Part shown: positions 57,693 through 57,870 of the stretch, piece after piece
Position numbering within the stretch: position 1 is the first letter of the stretch
Layout: every line of letters starts with the position of its first letter
Made by a program: the position numbers and the translations under genes
The notes under the pieces: generated by a model
Told to the model about the DNA's origin: nothing
The model's input: only the letters and a program-made list of their open reading frames with translations
The model's database searches: none
Virus record (IMG/VR): IMGVR_UViG_3300049489_000130
Coordinates: 1 to 57,870 of that record
Length of the DNA stretch: 57,870 bases
Reading direction: 5' to 3' (one strand)
Origin: a virus
Taxonomy: Duplodnaviria > Caudoviricetes

Positions 57693-57870
57693 TCCAGGGC
57701 ATGTTCCGGAGGTTTCTTGCCGCAAAGTACGCTTGGAACGAGGGCATCCGCCGCATATCTACTCAGCACAACTTGAGGACAACTCTGCGATTCTGGGTAT
57801 GGCTCGTTGCTGGGGGTATCCAAGATACCGAGAAGAAGATTCGTTTGACGGTAAACCAAGAAATCTCAAA
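57682..57870 (+). CDS. Hypothetical protein spanning the circular junction (continues to position 201)
   Basis: GGAG RBS; MTFDPGHVPEV... reads through the repeat to TGA at 199-201. Confidence 0.6.
   Translation, partial: MTFDPGHVPEVSCRKVRLERGHPPHIYSAQLEDNSAILGMARCWGYPRYREEDSFDGKPRNLK
57703..57870. repeat. Terminal direct repeat, right copy
   Basis: Matches 1-168 with one mismatch. Confidence 0.95.

Noticed and set aside
1-57870. Lysogeny module or alternative genetic code
   Set aside because: No integrase or repressor recognised; core genes are intact under the standard code

Overview
A complete, circularly closed siphovirus-type phage genome of about 57.7 kb. Bases 1-168 repeat 57703-57870 with one mismatch, and essentially all genes are on the + strand. 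Gene content resembles the Arthrobacter AU / Rhodococcus CC / Streptomyces BI / Lactococcus 1706-like group: HK97-type protease-capsid fusion, two major tail paralogs, ReqiPepy6 Gp37-like hub, DUF6353-like pair and a helicase-primase-PolB fusion. The endolysin cell-wall domain and a short-arm tRNA-Leu(UAA) suggest an actinobacterial host. The physical end is probably a cos-like site near 8500, and an iteron-rich AT region at 3770-4020 is a likely origin. The most striking content is a candidate self-contained transcription system with three parts. (i) An 888-aa single-chain two-barrel (YonO / cellular RdRP-like) RNA polymerase with a GADFDGD motif, three HTHs and an N-terminal LxHYG tag shared with head-region proteins, which hints at virion packaging. 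(ii) Eight copies of a fixed-spacing promoter motif TCGCA-N6-ACAT-N4-TATAATGA. (iii) Each motif heads a cassette ending in a hairpin, carrying a small membrane-type protein (5), a structured small RNA (2) or nothing (1). Also present are a roughly 505-nt highly structured ncRNA, two H-type pseudoknots flanking tRNA-Lys, and three tRNAs for AT-rich codons including tRNA-Ile(UAU). All family assignments come from motif recognition by eye; no database searches were run.
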